Shown piece by piece: positions 51,189-61,091 of a stretch of DNA of 64,000 bases. Position 1 is the stretch's first letter. Each line of letters begins with the position of its first letter. The notes under the pieces were generated by a model. It did no database searches, had not been told where the DNA came from, and was given only the letters and a program-made list of their open reading frames with translations. Position numbers and translations under genes: made by a program. Origin of the DNA: an uncultured Methanoregula sp. (lineage in GTDB: Archaea; Halobacteriota; Methanomicrobia; Methanomicrobiales; Methanospirillaceae); assembly GCA_964454995.1 (NCBI GenBank), contig CAYVTY010000001.1, forward strand, positions 38,033-102,032, given 5' to 3'.

Positions 51189-51868
51189 GCTGCCTCCATT
51201 ATATCGTTATTCGTGAGCGACCGTGGAATTCTCCCGACGCATATGAGTTTTTTTACCAGAGGCGGTGCATGCTGCCAGTTCAGGACTGCCCCAGGCATAT
51301 CGCCGCAGTCAACGAGCCCTCCCCCGATTAGTTCCCAGATATGATCGATCTGCGGGAAGATGCTCTGCTCGTGGGTGAAGAGCACGGTGATGCCACCGGA
51401 TCGTTTGCTGATCTGCCGGCACACCTGTTCTTTTCCCAAGCAGTCAAGTGATGAAAAAGGCTCATCCAGCAGCAGGAGATCATAATCAAGAGAGAGAATG
51501 CAGGAGAGATGCAAGCGCTTGAGTTCTCCCCGCGAAAGCGAGAGCACCGGTGTTTCTTCATCGGTATCAATACCCGCCGACCTGATAACTGCATCAGGCT
51601 CAAGGTTCCACGACGCACATTCCTCCGCGATGGAGAGGCCGGTCACATGGAATTCGGGAAACTGGAATGAGAGCATAATCCGGTTTACACCTTCGCGAAT
51701 TACAGCACCGTCGTCCGGTGCACGCAGCCCGGCCATCATGAGGGCCAGTGTCGACTTTCCACTGCCCACATCCCCGCTGACGAGATGGATACCCGGGGAA
51801 AAAACCCCATTGGCCGTAAGCGACCAGAAGGGATACCTCACGGCCAGGTGATCGAAAACCACCTTCAT
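51170..51868 (-). CDS. ECF transporter ATPase
   Basis: GDVGSGKST, FQFPE, LSRGE, LLLDEPF, TH. Confidence 0.85.
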   Translation of the reverse strand: MKVVFDHLAVRYPFWSLTANGVFSPGIHLVSGDVGSGKSTLALMMAGLRAPDDGAVIREGVNRIMLSFQFPEFHVTGLSIAEECASWNLEPDAVIRSAGIDTDEETPVLSLSRGELKRLHLSCILSLDYDLLLLDEPFSSLDCLGKEQVCRQISKRSGGITVLFTHEQSIFPQIDHIWELIGGGLVDCGDMPGAVLNWQHAPPLVKKLICVGRIPRSLTNNDIMEAACRTRG

Positions 51869-52536
51869 ACGGGACACCTCCACGAAAGCGGGTAAAACGG
51901 GGTACCGGCAAGCAGGGAAAAAACAGCGGTCGGAGTCCCGGCATGCACCACCCGGTTCTTCTCAAAAAAGATGAGATGATCACCTTGTGCTGCGGCTTCC
52001 ATCTGCTGCGTAACGCGGATGATGTATTTCGCACCCGATGCCCGGAGCACGGTATCCAGCCATGCACACCGGTCAACGTCAAGGTGCGAATCGTATTCAT
52101 CAAGAATAAGGACTCGCGGCCGGCTGATGCATGCAGTCGCGATCGCGACGAGGATCTTCTCCCCCCCGCTCAGGTCCCGCATATGCCGGTCGAGCAGCCG
52201 GGTTATTCCCAGCGTCTCTGCACAGGTACTGACTGCCGGCCCGGTCTCTTTACAAGGGGTGTGACTAAAACGCAACGGCGAAGCCAGTTCGTCTTTTACT
52301 GTCGGAAAGAGGAGGTTCCGATCCGGGAATTCATTCACGTACCCGATCCCGGTCTCCCTTGGGGATATGCCATCCACGAGTACGCAGCCGCTGTCAGGTT
52401 CTGCAATACCGGCGCAGATTTTCAGGAAGGTCGTCTTACCGCTGCCGTTTGGGCCAATCACCGAAGTGACGCCGGGGGCTATTGCAATAGAATCAATGGC
52501 AAGACGCCGGTACAGGACATTTTCAAACGTGATCAT
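51865..52536 (-). CDS. ECF transporter ATPase
   Basis: GPNGSGKTT, LSGGE, LILDE; ATG 52536 overlaps the bioY stop. Confidence 0.85.
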   Translation of the reverse strand: MITFENVLYRRLAIDSIAIAPGVTSVIGPNGSGKTTFLKICAGIAEPDSGCVLVDGISPRETGIGYVNEFPDRNLLFPTVKDELASPLRFSHTPCKETGPAVSTCAETLGITRLLDRHMRDLSGGEKILVAIATACISRPRVLILDEYDSHLDVDRCAWLDTVLRASGAKYIIRVTQQMEAAAQGDHLIFFEKNRVVHAGTPTAVFSLLAGTPFYPLSWRCPV

Positions 52537-53042
52537 GGCAACCGTCGTGCGATCAGGTACACGGCCCCGGTCTTCACCGCTTCCCCAGGGAGGAAGATTG
52601 CCATTCCCAGTAAGAACGCGGCGGCCGGGACCATCCCCGTGGAGCCGATCAGCCATGCCACACCGCACAGGAGGATGAGGATCGAGGCCACGGCGAGCCC
52701 CGCAATCCGGTACGCAGGCGAGGCGGATTCATACGCAAAACCGACGATCAGGGCCGCCGGGATAAAACCGATCAGGTACCCCCCGGTAGGGCCAAGCAGC
52801 ACACCAACACCGGCGACACCGTTGTGGAAGACCGGAAGCCCCAGTGCTCCAAGAACCACGTACAGTGCCACCGGGATGACAGCGTCACGCTTCATCACCG
52901 CTCCCGCGAGCAGGACAAAAAAAGTCTGGAGGGTAAAAGGCGAAGGGACAAAAGGAACGGAGATCCAGCCGCCAAGAGTGACAAGGCCGATAAACGCAGC
53001 AGTGTATGCAATACGGCGTGAGCGCCGGAGATCGCCAAACAT
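52533..53042 (-). CDS. bioY: Biotin ECF substrate-binding (S) component
   Basis: PFTLQTF.V.LAG, YVVLGALGLPVF, GPTGGYLIGF. Confidence 0.93.
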   Translation of the reverse strand: MFGDLRRSRRIAYTAAFIGLVTLGGWISVPFVPSPFTLQTFFVLLAGAVMKRDAVIPVALYVVLGALGLPVFHNGVAGVGVLLGPTGGYLIGFIPAALIVGFAYESASPAYRIAGLAVASILILLCGVAWLIGSTGMVPAAAFLLGMAIFLPGEAVKTGAVYLIARRLP

Positions 53043-53074
53043 CGTCAACCATTAAAAAATTGAGGGTTAACGAT
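53041..53074. promoter_or_regulatory. BirA operator (biotin repressor site)
   Basis: ATCGTCAAC-N16-GTTAACGAT dyad matching the GTTAAC-N14-16-GTTAAC BirA architecture, overlapping the bioY start. Confidence 0.75.
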
Positions 53075-53088
53075 AAAAGAGTACCGGT

Positions 53089-54078
53089 CTACTGGTGGAA
53101 ACAGTCGCCGGCGATCACGCGCTCGAGTTTGCCGTTGTCCTTTCGTATGATGAGCGCACCGTACTCATCGATATCGACCGCTTCACCGGAAAAACTGTTT
53201 TTAAGCGTCCGTATATCCACCCGGTGTTCGAGCGTGCAGGAAAGGCTTTTCCATTCCCGAAGGATAGTATCGTATTCCCCACTTTCAATAAGGAGATACT
53301 GGCTCTCGAACTCTTTTAAGATCCGGGCCAAAAACGAGGCACGGTCCACCTCGTGGCCAAGTTCAGCGGAGATCGAGGTGATATTATTCTGCAGCGCCGG
53401 TGAGAACTGGCTGATAGGGACATTTGCATCGATACCCATCCCGAGGAGGCAGTAATGCACGGTATCGGCTTCTGCCGCAAGTTCAAGCAACAGTCCTGCC
53501 ACCTTCTTGTTCCCGATGAAAATATCGTTGGGCCACTTGATCAGGGCACCCAGATCGAACTCCTTACGGATTGCCCGTGCCAGCGCGACGGAGCCTGCCA
53601 TGGTAATCATAAAGATACGATCGATCGGGATATTGGGCTTTAAGACAATCGTGATCCAGATCCCACCGCTCGGTGAGACCCACGCCCGCCCCATCCGGCC
53701 GACACCCCCGGTCTGCTCCTCGGCGATGATCACCATGCCATGCATTTTTTCCACATCGCCGTCAGCGCAGAGCTGCTTTCCCACCCAGATTGTCGAGGGC
53801 GTATTCTCCAGGTACCTCATCTTCTTTCCGATGAACGTTGTATGGAGTTTCTTGTGGATCTCGTAAGGGAGCAGTTTGTTACTCATGCGCGTGAGACGGT
53901 ACCCCTCTTTCTGCGAGGACGAGATGTCGTACCCCATCATGCGGAGCTCGTTGATATGTTTCCAGACAGCAGAGCGGGTAATCCCCAGCTCGTTGCTGAT
54001 GGTCTCTCCCGAGACCGGGCCCTCATATCTCTCAAGTATCTCCATTACCCTGAATGCAGAGTCCGGCGTCGATCTCAC
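53089..54078 (-). CDS. birA: Bifunctional biotin repressor/biotin-protein ligase
   Basis: N-terminal wHTH (VSGE.IS.ELGITRSAVWKHI), EEQTGG.GR.GR.W.SP, IKWPND, KKVAG. Confidence 0.95.
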   Translation of the reverse strand: MRSTPDSAFRVMEILERYEGPVSGETISNELGITRSAVWKHINELRMMGYDISSSQKEGYRLTRMSNKLLPYEIHKKLHTTFIGKKMRYLENTPSTIWVGKQLCADGDVEKMHGMVIIAEEQTGGVGRMGRAWVSPSGGIWITIVLKPNIPIDRIFMITMAGSVALARAIRKEFDLGALIKWPNDIFIGNKKVAGLLLELAAEADTVHYCLLGMGIDANVPISQFSPALQNNITSISAELGHEVDRASFLARILKEFESQYLLIESGEYDTILREWKSLSCTLEHRVDIRTLKNSFSGEAVDIDEYGALIIRKDNGKLERVIAGDCFHQ

Positions 54079-54497
54079 CTCTTCGAATTACTGGATTCTT
54101 CCGGCAGCGGGCAGGGATCCTTTCCGCACACCTGCTTTATGATGGCAGACTGGTGCTCCATGAGCGTAGCAAGATCGAAGATACCGGTGACATCGACGAC
54201 ACCGAGTGCGCCGATCACGTGCCCTTCAGCGTCCCGTATAGGGGCAACGGTTACCGGCACTCCTTTGTATGCACCGAGTTCCGGCGTTGTTTTTATCACC
54301 CTGTTTGATGCAATTGCCTGTTCGAGCACCGGGCCGCTGTAATTGCGATCGATCACCCTGCCGTTCTCGATGCGGATGCCAGGCCTCTGGAGCGATTTCG
54401 CCGTTACCGGGAGCCGGTGGATGATCTCATGGATGGCAAGGACCACCGGTTCCAGATCTGCTGCCTCCGCAGTTTCACAAAAAGTATAGCGGTGCAT
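54075..54497 (-). CDS. DUF2111-type conserved archaeal protein
   Basis: LPVTAKS, YSGPVLE, GAYKGVPV.VAPI, ALGVVD. Confidence 0.75.
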   Translation of the reverse strand: MHRYTFCETAEAADLEPVVLAIHEIIHRLPVTAKSLQRPGIRIENGRVIDRNYSGPVLEQAIASNRVIKTTPELGAYKGVPVTVAPIRDAEGHVIGALGVVDVTGIFDLATLMEHQSAIIKQVCGKDPCPLPEESSNSKR

Positions 54498-54531
54498 CGG
54501 ACAACCTCATATCATTCTGGTATTTTTCCTG

Positions 54532-55107
54532 CTAGAATAAGGTTTGTGTCCCGGAAGCACAGAATTTTTTTACAAATGCACGGGACGGGTATTCGTGGAC
54601 GCTCGTTACGACCACGGTTCCCTTCCCTACCGTTTTTTCAAGAATTACTGTTGATCCATTGGATTCCCCTGCCGCACTTCCCTCGTGCGCGGGGAATATG
54701 CCATCGCATTCGATGCTGGAGGGATCGTAATCCTCCACGAGTGCTGTTCCCAGTTCAGATGACCTGCATGCGATCTGTCGGGGAAAAACCTCATGCTGAT
54801 ACGTAACCGGGAACGGCAGCCAGTCATACGCGTCCGCACGGTCAATCGCAGCCCCGAAGACAAGAAGGTTGCCGCCGTTTTCGACAAATGTTTCTATGCG
54901 CTCTGACGACGCCCGGAGCGCCGGGAGCAGCCGACAGTAAGCCGGGTTTGCAAAACCGGTGGGGACGATGAGACAGGTAAACGAGCCACGGAAAAAAGGG
55001 GCGGCCAGCATATACGGGGTGACCAGTTCGCACGGGACACCGCAGTCCTCAATGTATCTGACAAAATGCTGGGGAATCTCCCAGACAAAGCCCGCCCGGC
55101 AGCTCAC
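54532..55107 (-). CDS. Conserved hypothetical protein (class I glutamine amidotransferase-like fold suspected)
   Basis: LIVPTGF, FVENGGNLLVFG, GKGTVVVTSVHE; GTG overlaps the rtcB stop. Confidence 0.7.
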   Translation of the reverse strand: MSCRAGFVWEIPQHFVRYIEDCGVPCELVTPYMLAAPFFRGSFTCLIVPTGFANPAYCRLLPALRASSERIETFVENGGNLLVFGAAIDRADAYDWLPFPVTYQHEVFPRQIACRSSELGTALVEDYDPSSIECDGIFPAHEGSAAGESNGSTVILEKTVGKGTVVVTSVHEYPSRAFVKKFCASGTQTLF

Positions 55108-56537
55108 CCCTTGATCACTCCCAGAGGAGACAGGCGGGCAACAAGGGCCGAGAGCCCGACATCGTGGACAACCTGAACTACCTCGCTGCTGGGTTTGTAG
55201 ACTTCGGGCGCTTCGTCAGCTATTGCTGCTTCGTTCGGGGCCCTGACTATGATGCCCAGTGCAAGCAGGTGATCTGCCACCTCTTTTCCGGTCATCCTCT
55301 TCTTTGCCTGCGAACGGCTCATGACCCGGCCCGAACCATGACAGGTACTGCCAAAGGTGCGCTCCATCGCGGTTGCAGTCCCTTTGAGCACAAACGAGGA
55401 TGTGCCCATGCTGCCCGGAATAATTACCGGCTGCCCAATCTGTGCAAGATCTCCGGGCAGATCCGCACACCCCGGCCCAAACGAGCGGGTTGCACCCTTG
55501 CGGTGCACGCAGACCTTACGGGTGTGCCCGTCAACGGTATGCTCCTCGATCTTTGCCACGTTATGGGTGACATCGTAGACAAGCGGCATGCTTTCGTACC
55601 CGATGCCAAACATCCGCTCAAACTGCAGGCGGGCCGCATGCATGATCAACTGGCGGTTAGCCCACGCATAATTAGCCGAGGCTGCCATCGCACCGAAATA
55701 TGCTATTCCTTCAGGAGACTGGATAGGGGCACAGGCAAGCTGGCGATCCGGGAGCGTGATATGATATTTTTTTGTCGCTTCTTCGAGCGTCTTGAGATGA
55801 TCGGTGCAGACCTGATGGCCGAGTCCCCGGGAACCGCAGTGGATCATGCAGCAGATCTGGCCCTTCTGAAGACCAAATGCCGTCGCTGCGGTCTCATCGT
55901 AGATCTCGCTTACCACCTGGATCTCAAGGAAATGGTTGCCCGAGCCGAGCGTCCCCCCCTGAGGAATTCCACGGGCACGGGCCTTGGCCGATACTGCACG
56001 GATGTCAGCCTGCTTCATGCATCCCCCATCCTCGCACCTGGCAAGATCACGTTCAACCCCGTACCCTGAATCCACCGCCCAGCGTGCACCCTTTTCCATC
56101 ATGGCAGTAAGCGCAGCCGGGGAAACTTTCACGGAACTCTTTGCGCCGACACCTGTCGGCACCGCCTGGTACAGAGACTCTATAAACTCCCGGGGTTTTT
56201 TGATATCCCCCTGCGTGAGTGGCGTTGTAAAGAGGCGCACCCCGCAGTTAATATCAAAACCTACCCCCCCGGGGGAGATAACTCCCTCGTCAAGGGAAAA
56301 CGCAGCAACGCCGCCAATAGGAAACCCGTAGCCCCAGTGGATGTCCGGCATTCCAAGCGATGACCGGATGATGCCGGGGAGCGTGGCAACGTTTGCCAGC
56401 TGCTGCACAGCGCCGGGTTCGAGGATCGCCATAAGCGCGTCTGAAAGAAAAAATCTCCCCGGAACCCTCATACCGGGCACAAAACCGATCGGGATCTCCC
56501 ATTCGTCTGTACCGGCCCGCATTACACCATCAAGCAT
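55104..56537 (-). CDS. rtcB: tRNA-splicing ligase RtcB
   Basis: MPDIHWGYGFPIGG, GFDINCG, GTLGSGNHF, HCGSRG, HN, HRKGAT, PGSMG, HGSGR, DEAP..YK. Confidence 0.97.
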   Translation of the reverse strand: MLDGVMRAGTDEWEIPIGFVPGMRVPGRFFLSDALMAILEPGAVQQLANVATLPGIIRSSLGMPDIHWGYGFPIGGVAAFSLDEGVISPGGVGFDINCGVRLFTTPLTQGDIKKPREFIESLYQAVPTGVGAKSSVKVSPAALTAMMEKGARWAVDSGYGVERDLARCEDGGCMKQADIRAVSAKARARGIPQGGTLGSGNHFLEIQVVSEIYDETAATAFGLQKGQICCMIHCGSRGLGHQVCTDHLKTLEEATKKYHITLPDRQLACAPIQSPEGIAYFGAMAASANYAWANRQLIMHAARLQFERMFGIGYESMPLVYDVTHNVAKIEEHTVDGHTRKVCVHRKGATRSFGPGCADLPGDLAQIGQPVIIPGSMGTSSFVLKGTATAMERTFGSTCHGSGRVMSRSQAKKRMTGKEVADHLLALGIIVRAPNEAAIADEAPEVYKPSSEVVQVVHDVGLSALVARLSPLGVIKG

Positions 56538-56551
56538 CTCCTCACCCCCGT

Positions 56552-56959
56552 CTATACATCAAATAAGATATCCAGCATATATCCTTTAGCGTCTTTTTTA
56601 ATGGACATACCCGAGTATGAGATGCCCTTTACTTCAGTTCCCTTATTATGCCGCACCGGATCGAACGGTTCGCCGTCAAGAACCGCGTGGAGGTGCAGAC
56701 CTTCGGTGTGTATTTCAGCATGCCAGAAGACCAGCCCCTCCACTTCAGTGACATACAGCACTTCCGAAAGGAAATCGCACAGAAGCGATTCCTGGTCCGG
56801 CGCACTGAGGTCAATCACACTCTTGGTCCCGCCGCGCCGGTCTCCACCGTATATCACCTGCATCAGCGCCATACAGGCCTCGCCAAACAGGGCGTCGGGC
56901 GTGGGGGCACAGGCACGTATCTTCACATCTGCGGTATGAGACAGTTCTTCGTAACTCAT
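56552..56959 (-). CDS. Archease
   Basis: YEELSHTAD, EVKGISY, C-terminal FDV; adjacent to rtcB. Confidence 0.93.
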   Translation of the reverse strand: MSYEELSHTADVKIRACAPTPDALFGEACMALMQVIYGGDRRGGTKSVIDLSAPDQESLLCDFLSEVLYVTEVEGLVFWHAEIHTEGLHLHAVLDGEPFDPVRHNKGTEVKGISYSGMSIKKDAKGYMLDILFDV

Positions 56960-57243
56960 CTCAGCCCGTACCCTGCCTGCTCATCATCATAGAACGGGAT
57001 CATATCGGACCGGATTTCATCGAGAAAACGTGCCTGGTGGATGGAAATGTAGATAGTGTGGCGGGCAGCCTGGAGAAGGACATCGCTTTTTTTCGGGGGT
57101 TTTATGCGTACCGGGAGAAGGATCGGGCCCCCGCAGGAAGTACAAACCCGGAAATCACAGTCCCGCTTCTCAATATACTCCATGACATCGGGTGCGATGG
57201 CAATATGGGAAGCGCCGGAAGAATCAGATGAATACGCAGGCAT
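56956..57243 (-). CDS. Small hypothetical protein with a CxxC motif
   Basis: DFRVCTSCGGPILLP..KPPK.SD; stop overlaps the archease start. Confidence 0.65.
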   Translation of the reverse strand: MPAYSSDSSGASHIAIAPDVMEYIEKRDCDFRVCTSCGGPILLPVRIKPPKKSDVLLQAARHTIYISIHQARFLDEIRSDMIPFYDDEQAGYGLR

Positions 57244-57306
57244 TATGCGAGTACTATTGTAAGGCAGGATTAAAAAACGGTTATGGTTACGGTGAGGAGC
57301 CGGGGA

Positions 57307-57615
57307 TCATGCACTCACAAGCCGGACAACCATCGCTGCATACTTCTCCTTGAGCTCATAGGTACTGATGCCTCCGACGTTCCGGTTGACCTTCAGGATC
57401 CCGATGCGGGAGGCAATGATACCCACCATCGAGGCAATCGTGTGGAATGAAACCGAGAACTGCCCCTTGAGTTCAGCAAGAATATCTGCAATCGTGGTCT
57501 GCCTTATCCTGAGGAGGAGGCGGAGCACTTCACGACGGATGCCGGTTTTATCCCGTGAGAGGTACGACCTCAGCCGCCCCTCAATCATCCTTTCGATCTC
57601 GAACTGAGATCTCAT
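57307..57615 (-). CDS. DUF2551-type winged-helix protein
   Basis: RL.SYL.RD.TGIRR, ASMVG.I.SRIGIL, YELKEKY. Confidence 0.75.
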   Translation of the reverse strand: MRSQFEIERMIEGRLRSYLSRDKTGIRREVLRLLLRIRQTTIADILAELKGQFSVSFHTIASMVGIIASRIGILKVNRNVGGISTYELKEKYAAMVVRLVSA

Positions 57616-57806
57616 GCGTTATTGTCGCGGTCAGCACCATATATATTTTTTGTTTTTCCCTGTTTTAAAAACCCCGTTAGGAAATCCCGCCATTCTGGCA
57701 GGAGTGGCAGATATTCTGCGAAATTATTACCGGGAGCCGGATGATACCACCGGCATCACCTGCCATCTGGTAATTATTTAATCGTTCATGAACAGATGAA
57801 TATGAT

Positions 57807-58661
57807 ATGGGATTATTCAGTTATAACATCGAGAAATATTCACCAAAACAACTGGTGATAATCCCGACAGTGCTGCTTGCCATATCACTGGTAGTGCTCG
57901 CATTTGTTACGATATCAATCGGGATGCCGGTCAAGCCGGGAATAGATTTTTCCGGCGGGACTGCCGTAACGGTGATCACGTCGGATACCTCTGCTCAGAT
58001 TCAGAATGAGTTTGCCGGTTATCCGCTCGTGAGTATCAGTGAAGGGTTGAACAACGGGAAGTTCATCACATTCGGGACGATGAGCGATACGCAGTACCAG
58101 AGTCTGACTGCGCTGATCGCGAGCAAATATCCTGATGCACAGGTTAACCAGATCGGCGAATCCTTTGGCAAGACCCTGCAGGACCAGGCATTGATCGCCA
58201 TGATCCTTGCCTTTATCGGCATGGCAATTGTCGTCTTTGTCTCATTCAGGACATTTGTCCCATCCTGTGCAGTCGTCCTCTCGGCATTTGCCGACATTGT
58301 CATGACCGCCGCCATGATGAACATCGTCGGCATTCAGCTCTCGCTCGGAACTACCGCGGCACTGCTCATGCTGATCGGTTATTCCGTGGACAGCGATATC
58401 CTGCTTACCACGCGGGTGCTCAAACGGCAGGGAAAACTTAACGACAAATTGGCCGGGGCATTCCATACCGGTATCATCATGACCTCTACAACCCTCGCGG
58501 CGGTCACGGTGCTGCTTATCGTATCCTGGATCGGGCAGGTGGAGGTAGTTGAAGAGATCTCAGCGGTCCTTCTGATGGGGCTCATCTTCGATATCCTCAA
58601 TACCTGGCTCACGAACGTCGGCATACTGAAATGGTATGTCCTTAAGGGAGGCGGGAAATGA
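57807..58661 (+). CDS. secF: Protein-export membrane protein SecF
   Basis: GIDFSGGT, AALLMLIGYSVDSDILLT, TGIIMT.TT. Confidence 0.93.
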   Translation: MGLFSYNIEKYSPKQLVIIPTVLLAISLVVLAFVTISIGMPVKPGIDFSGGTAVTVITSDTSAQIQNEFAGYPLVSISEGLNNGKFITFGTMSDTQYQSLTALIASKYPDAQVNQIGESFGKTLQDQALIAMILAFIGMAIVVFVSFRTFVPSCAVVLSAFADIVMTAAMMNIVGIQLSLGTTAALLMLIGYSVDSDILLTTRVLKRQGKLNDKLAGAFHTGIIMTSTTLAAVTVLLIVSWIGQVEVVEEISAVLLMGLIFDILNTWLTNVGILKWYVLKGGGK

Positions 58662-60112
58662 AGCAGGAACGGATAAAGGACCTCTTCAAGGACTGGCGGG
58701 TACTCACGCTGCTTATCCTTTTAGCTCTCTCTGTCGTCGCTATCTACCCGCATTTCGACAACAATGGCAACCTGACGACAAACCTCCAGTACGGTCTCGA
58801 TCTCCAGCAGGGAGCCTGGCTCCAGCTTGAATTTAAGGCCGAAGTAGTAGGTTACACGACAACACAGCCGGTTGACACCTTTGTCGCCAACCTCTCAAAA
58901 GACCTCAACACCGATGTTGTACAGGTCGATGCCACCCATCTTGAGATCCGTAAATCCTATACTCAGGCAGAACTTGAACCCTACTTCGAATCCGAAGGGG
59001 GGACATTGGTCTCTTACCAGCCCGGTATATCAAAGGACACAGCGGATCTTGTAAAGCAGATCCTCGAAGAGAAGATCAACTCAATGGGTACCAAGGATGC
59101 AAAGGTCAACACCCTTACCGGCATGAACAATGTCGCCCGATATGTCCGCGTAGAGATGGCCGGCGTCGATATGAACGAAGCCCAGCAGATTGTCGGTAAA
59201 CAGGGTAAATTTGAGATCCGCATCCAGACGAACGGTAACGACACCGAACATGTCCTTTACGGCGATACCATAACCAGCGTCGCGATACCAACAAAGGACA
59301 CATCAGGCAACTGGGGCGTCGGGTTTACCCTGAGCGATGCAGGAGCGGAGACCTTCAGGGATGCAGCCATCCAGTACGGTGCGACCACGGATCCCGCGCA
59401 CCACCAGCTGGCAATGCTCCTTGATAACAAGACAGTGTATTCTGCACCACTCTCATCGAACCTTGCCTCGTCACTTCAGACTGAAACCACCCGTAACATG
59501 GTCGCATCAACCGGTACGGGAACCTACGGTCAGCAGCAGGCAACGAATCTTGAGATCCAGCTCCGTGCCGGTGCTTTACCGGTCGATGTATCAGTAGCAG
59601 GATCCGGTTCGACATCCGCATCGCTTGGGTCTCACTACATGACGATGTGCATGATCGCTTTTATCTTGGCACTCATCATGGTCGGGTTCGTGATCTTTTA
59701 CCGGTACCGCGAGCCGCGGATCGTCCTTCCCATGGTTCTTATCAACGCCTCTGAAATTGTGATCCTGCTCGGTTTCATCAGCGCAATCAAGTTCCAGATG
59801 GACCTGCCGACAATAGCCGGCCTTATCGCCGTTGTCGGTACCGGTATCGACCAGCTGGTCGTTATTACCGATGAAATCCTGCATGAAGGGATAGTCCCGT
59901 CACCCAATGTTTACTTAAAGAGGCTTTCACGGGCGCTTACCATCATCGTAATTGCCGCAGCAACCGTGCTGATTGCGATGCTGCCGCTTGCACTCATGGA
60001 TCTTTCCACGCTCAAGGGCTTTGCCATTATCACCATGATGGGTGTCGTCGTTGGTGTGATCGTGACAAGACCCGCCTATGGTAAGATCATCATGGAGATC
60101 CTCTCCGAATAA
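58658..60112 (+). CDS. secD: Protein-export membrane protein SecD
   Basis: LQYGLDLQQG, LRAGALPV, GTGIDQLVVITDE, LKGFA, TRPAY. Confidence 0.93.
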   Translation: MKQERIKDLFKDWRVLTLLILLALSVVAIYPHFDNNGNLTTNLQYGLDLQQGAWLQLEFKAEVVGYTTTQPVDTFVANLSKDLNTDVVQVDATHLEIRKSYTQAELEPYFESEGGTLVSYQPGISKDTADLVKQILEEKINSMGTKDAKVNTLTGMNNVARYVRVEMAGVDMNEAQQIVGKQGKFEIRIQTNGNDTEHVLYGDTITSVAIPTKDTSGNWGVGFTLSDAGAETFRDAAIQYGATTDPAHHQLAMLLDNKTVYSAPLSSNLASSLQTETTRNMVASTGTGTYGQQQATNLEIQLRAGALPVDVSVAGSGSTSASLGSHYMTMCMIAFILALIMVGFVIFYRYREPRIVLPMVLINASEIVILLGFISAIKFQMDLPTIAGLIAVVGTGIDQLVVITDEILHEGIVPSPNVYLKRLSRALTIIVIAAATVLIAMLPLALMDLSTLKGFAIITMMGVVVGVIVTRPAYGKIIMEILSE

Positions 60113-60167
60113 CAATACCATAGATTTATCTTTTTTTTTATCGACTACTCTATCCGGGTATGATTAC

Positions 60168-60440
60168 ATGACAAAACCTGTAATGTACGACTTTTTTGCC
60201 ACGTGGTGCGGACCCTGCCGTATGCAGACACCGATTATTGAGGAACTGGCAAAGAAACTGGGCGATGCCATCGAGATACAAAAAGTGGACGTCGACGAGC
60301 ATATGGATCTTGCGGAGAAATACGGGATCCGCGTGGTGCCAACCCTCATCATCGAGAAGGACGGGAAAGTTATCCAGAGGATGGAAGGTGTCACCGACGC
60401 CGCCACACTCGAAAAACTACTCCAGCCGCTGGTGGGATAA
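60168..60440 (+). CDS. Thioredoxin
   Basis: DFFATWCGPC, KVDVD, VPT. Confidence 0.92.
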   Translation: MTKPVMYDFFATWCGPCRMQTPIIEELAKKLGDAIEIQKVDVDEHMDLAEKYGIRVVPTLIIEKDGKVIQRMEGVTDAATLEKLLQPLVG

Positions 60441-61091
60441 GTGAAGATCGGCATTGTCGGCGGGACCGGGGATATCGGGGAAGGCATGACAATGCGCCTC
60501 TCACCGGTCTTTGACGTGGTGGTCGGTTCGCGGGAGCAGGAAAAGGCTGATGTCAGCTGCACGACCGCCCGGGATACCCTCAAAAACCGGGGGCAGGACT
60601 GCTCCCTTCACGGGGTCTCAAACCAGGGAGCTGTAGATGAAGCCGATATCGTGATCCTCGCAATCCCTTTCAAACATGTGGTACCGACGCTCTCAACTCT
60701 GCATGGGTTTGAGGACAAAATCGTGATAAGCCCGGTCAACCCGATGGAAAAACAGGATCACTTTGTCTTTGTTCCCCCGCAGGAAGGATCGGCAGCGCTC
60801 CTGATTAAAAAACTCCTGCCAAAGGAGGCGCGGCTCTGCTGCGCGTTCAACACCATCGCCGCAAACCGGTGGAAGGCGCTTGACGAGGAACTGGCCTACT
60901 CGGTACCGGTCTGCAGTGACGATGAGGATGCAAAGCACCAGGTGATGGAACTCGTGAACCGGGTCTCAAAACTTCAGGCATTCAATGCCGGCCCGCTTGC
61001 CGTTGCACCAATGATCGAATCACTCACGCCGCTGGTGCTTAATATCGCCCGGTACAACAAGATGCACGATGTCGGCATCCAGTTCAGGTAA
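60441..61091 (+). CDS. npdG: F420H2:NADP+ oxidoreductase
   Basis: IGIVGGTGDIG.G, GSR...KA, N, LAIPF, SPVNP, GSAA, AFN, IESLTP. Confidence 0.88.
   Translation: MKIGIVGGTGDIGEGMTMRLSPVFDVVVGSREQEKADVSCTTARDTLKNRGQDCSLHGVSNQGAVDEADIVILAIPFKHVVPTLSTLHGFEDKIVISPVNPMEKQDHFVFVPPQEGSAALLIKKLLPKEARLCCAFNTIAANRWKALDEELAYSVPVCSDDEDAKHQVMELVNRVSKLQAFNAGPLAVAPMIESLTPLVLNIARYNKMHDVGIQFR

Noticed and set aside
51943-53055. 370-aa plus-strand ORF
   Set aside because: Antisense shadow of bioY and the ECF ATPase with no motifs.
55104-56959. rtcB-archease as a novel RNA repair system
   Set aside because: A well-characterised archaeal tRNA-splicing ligase pair.
60438-60443. Thioredoxin-NpdG fusion by readthrough (TAA GTG in frame)
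   Set aside because: Both proteins are complete, standard-length family members; abutting genes are normal.
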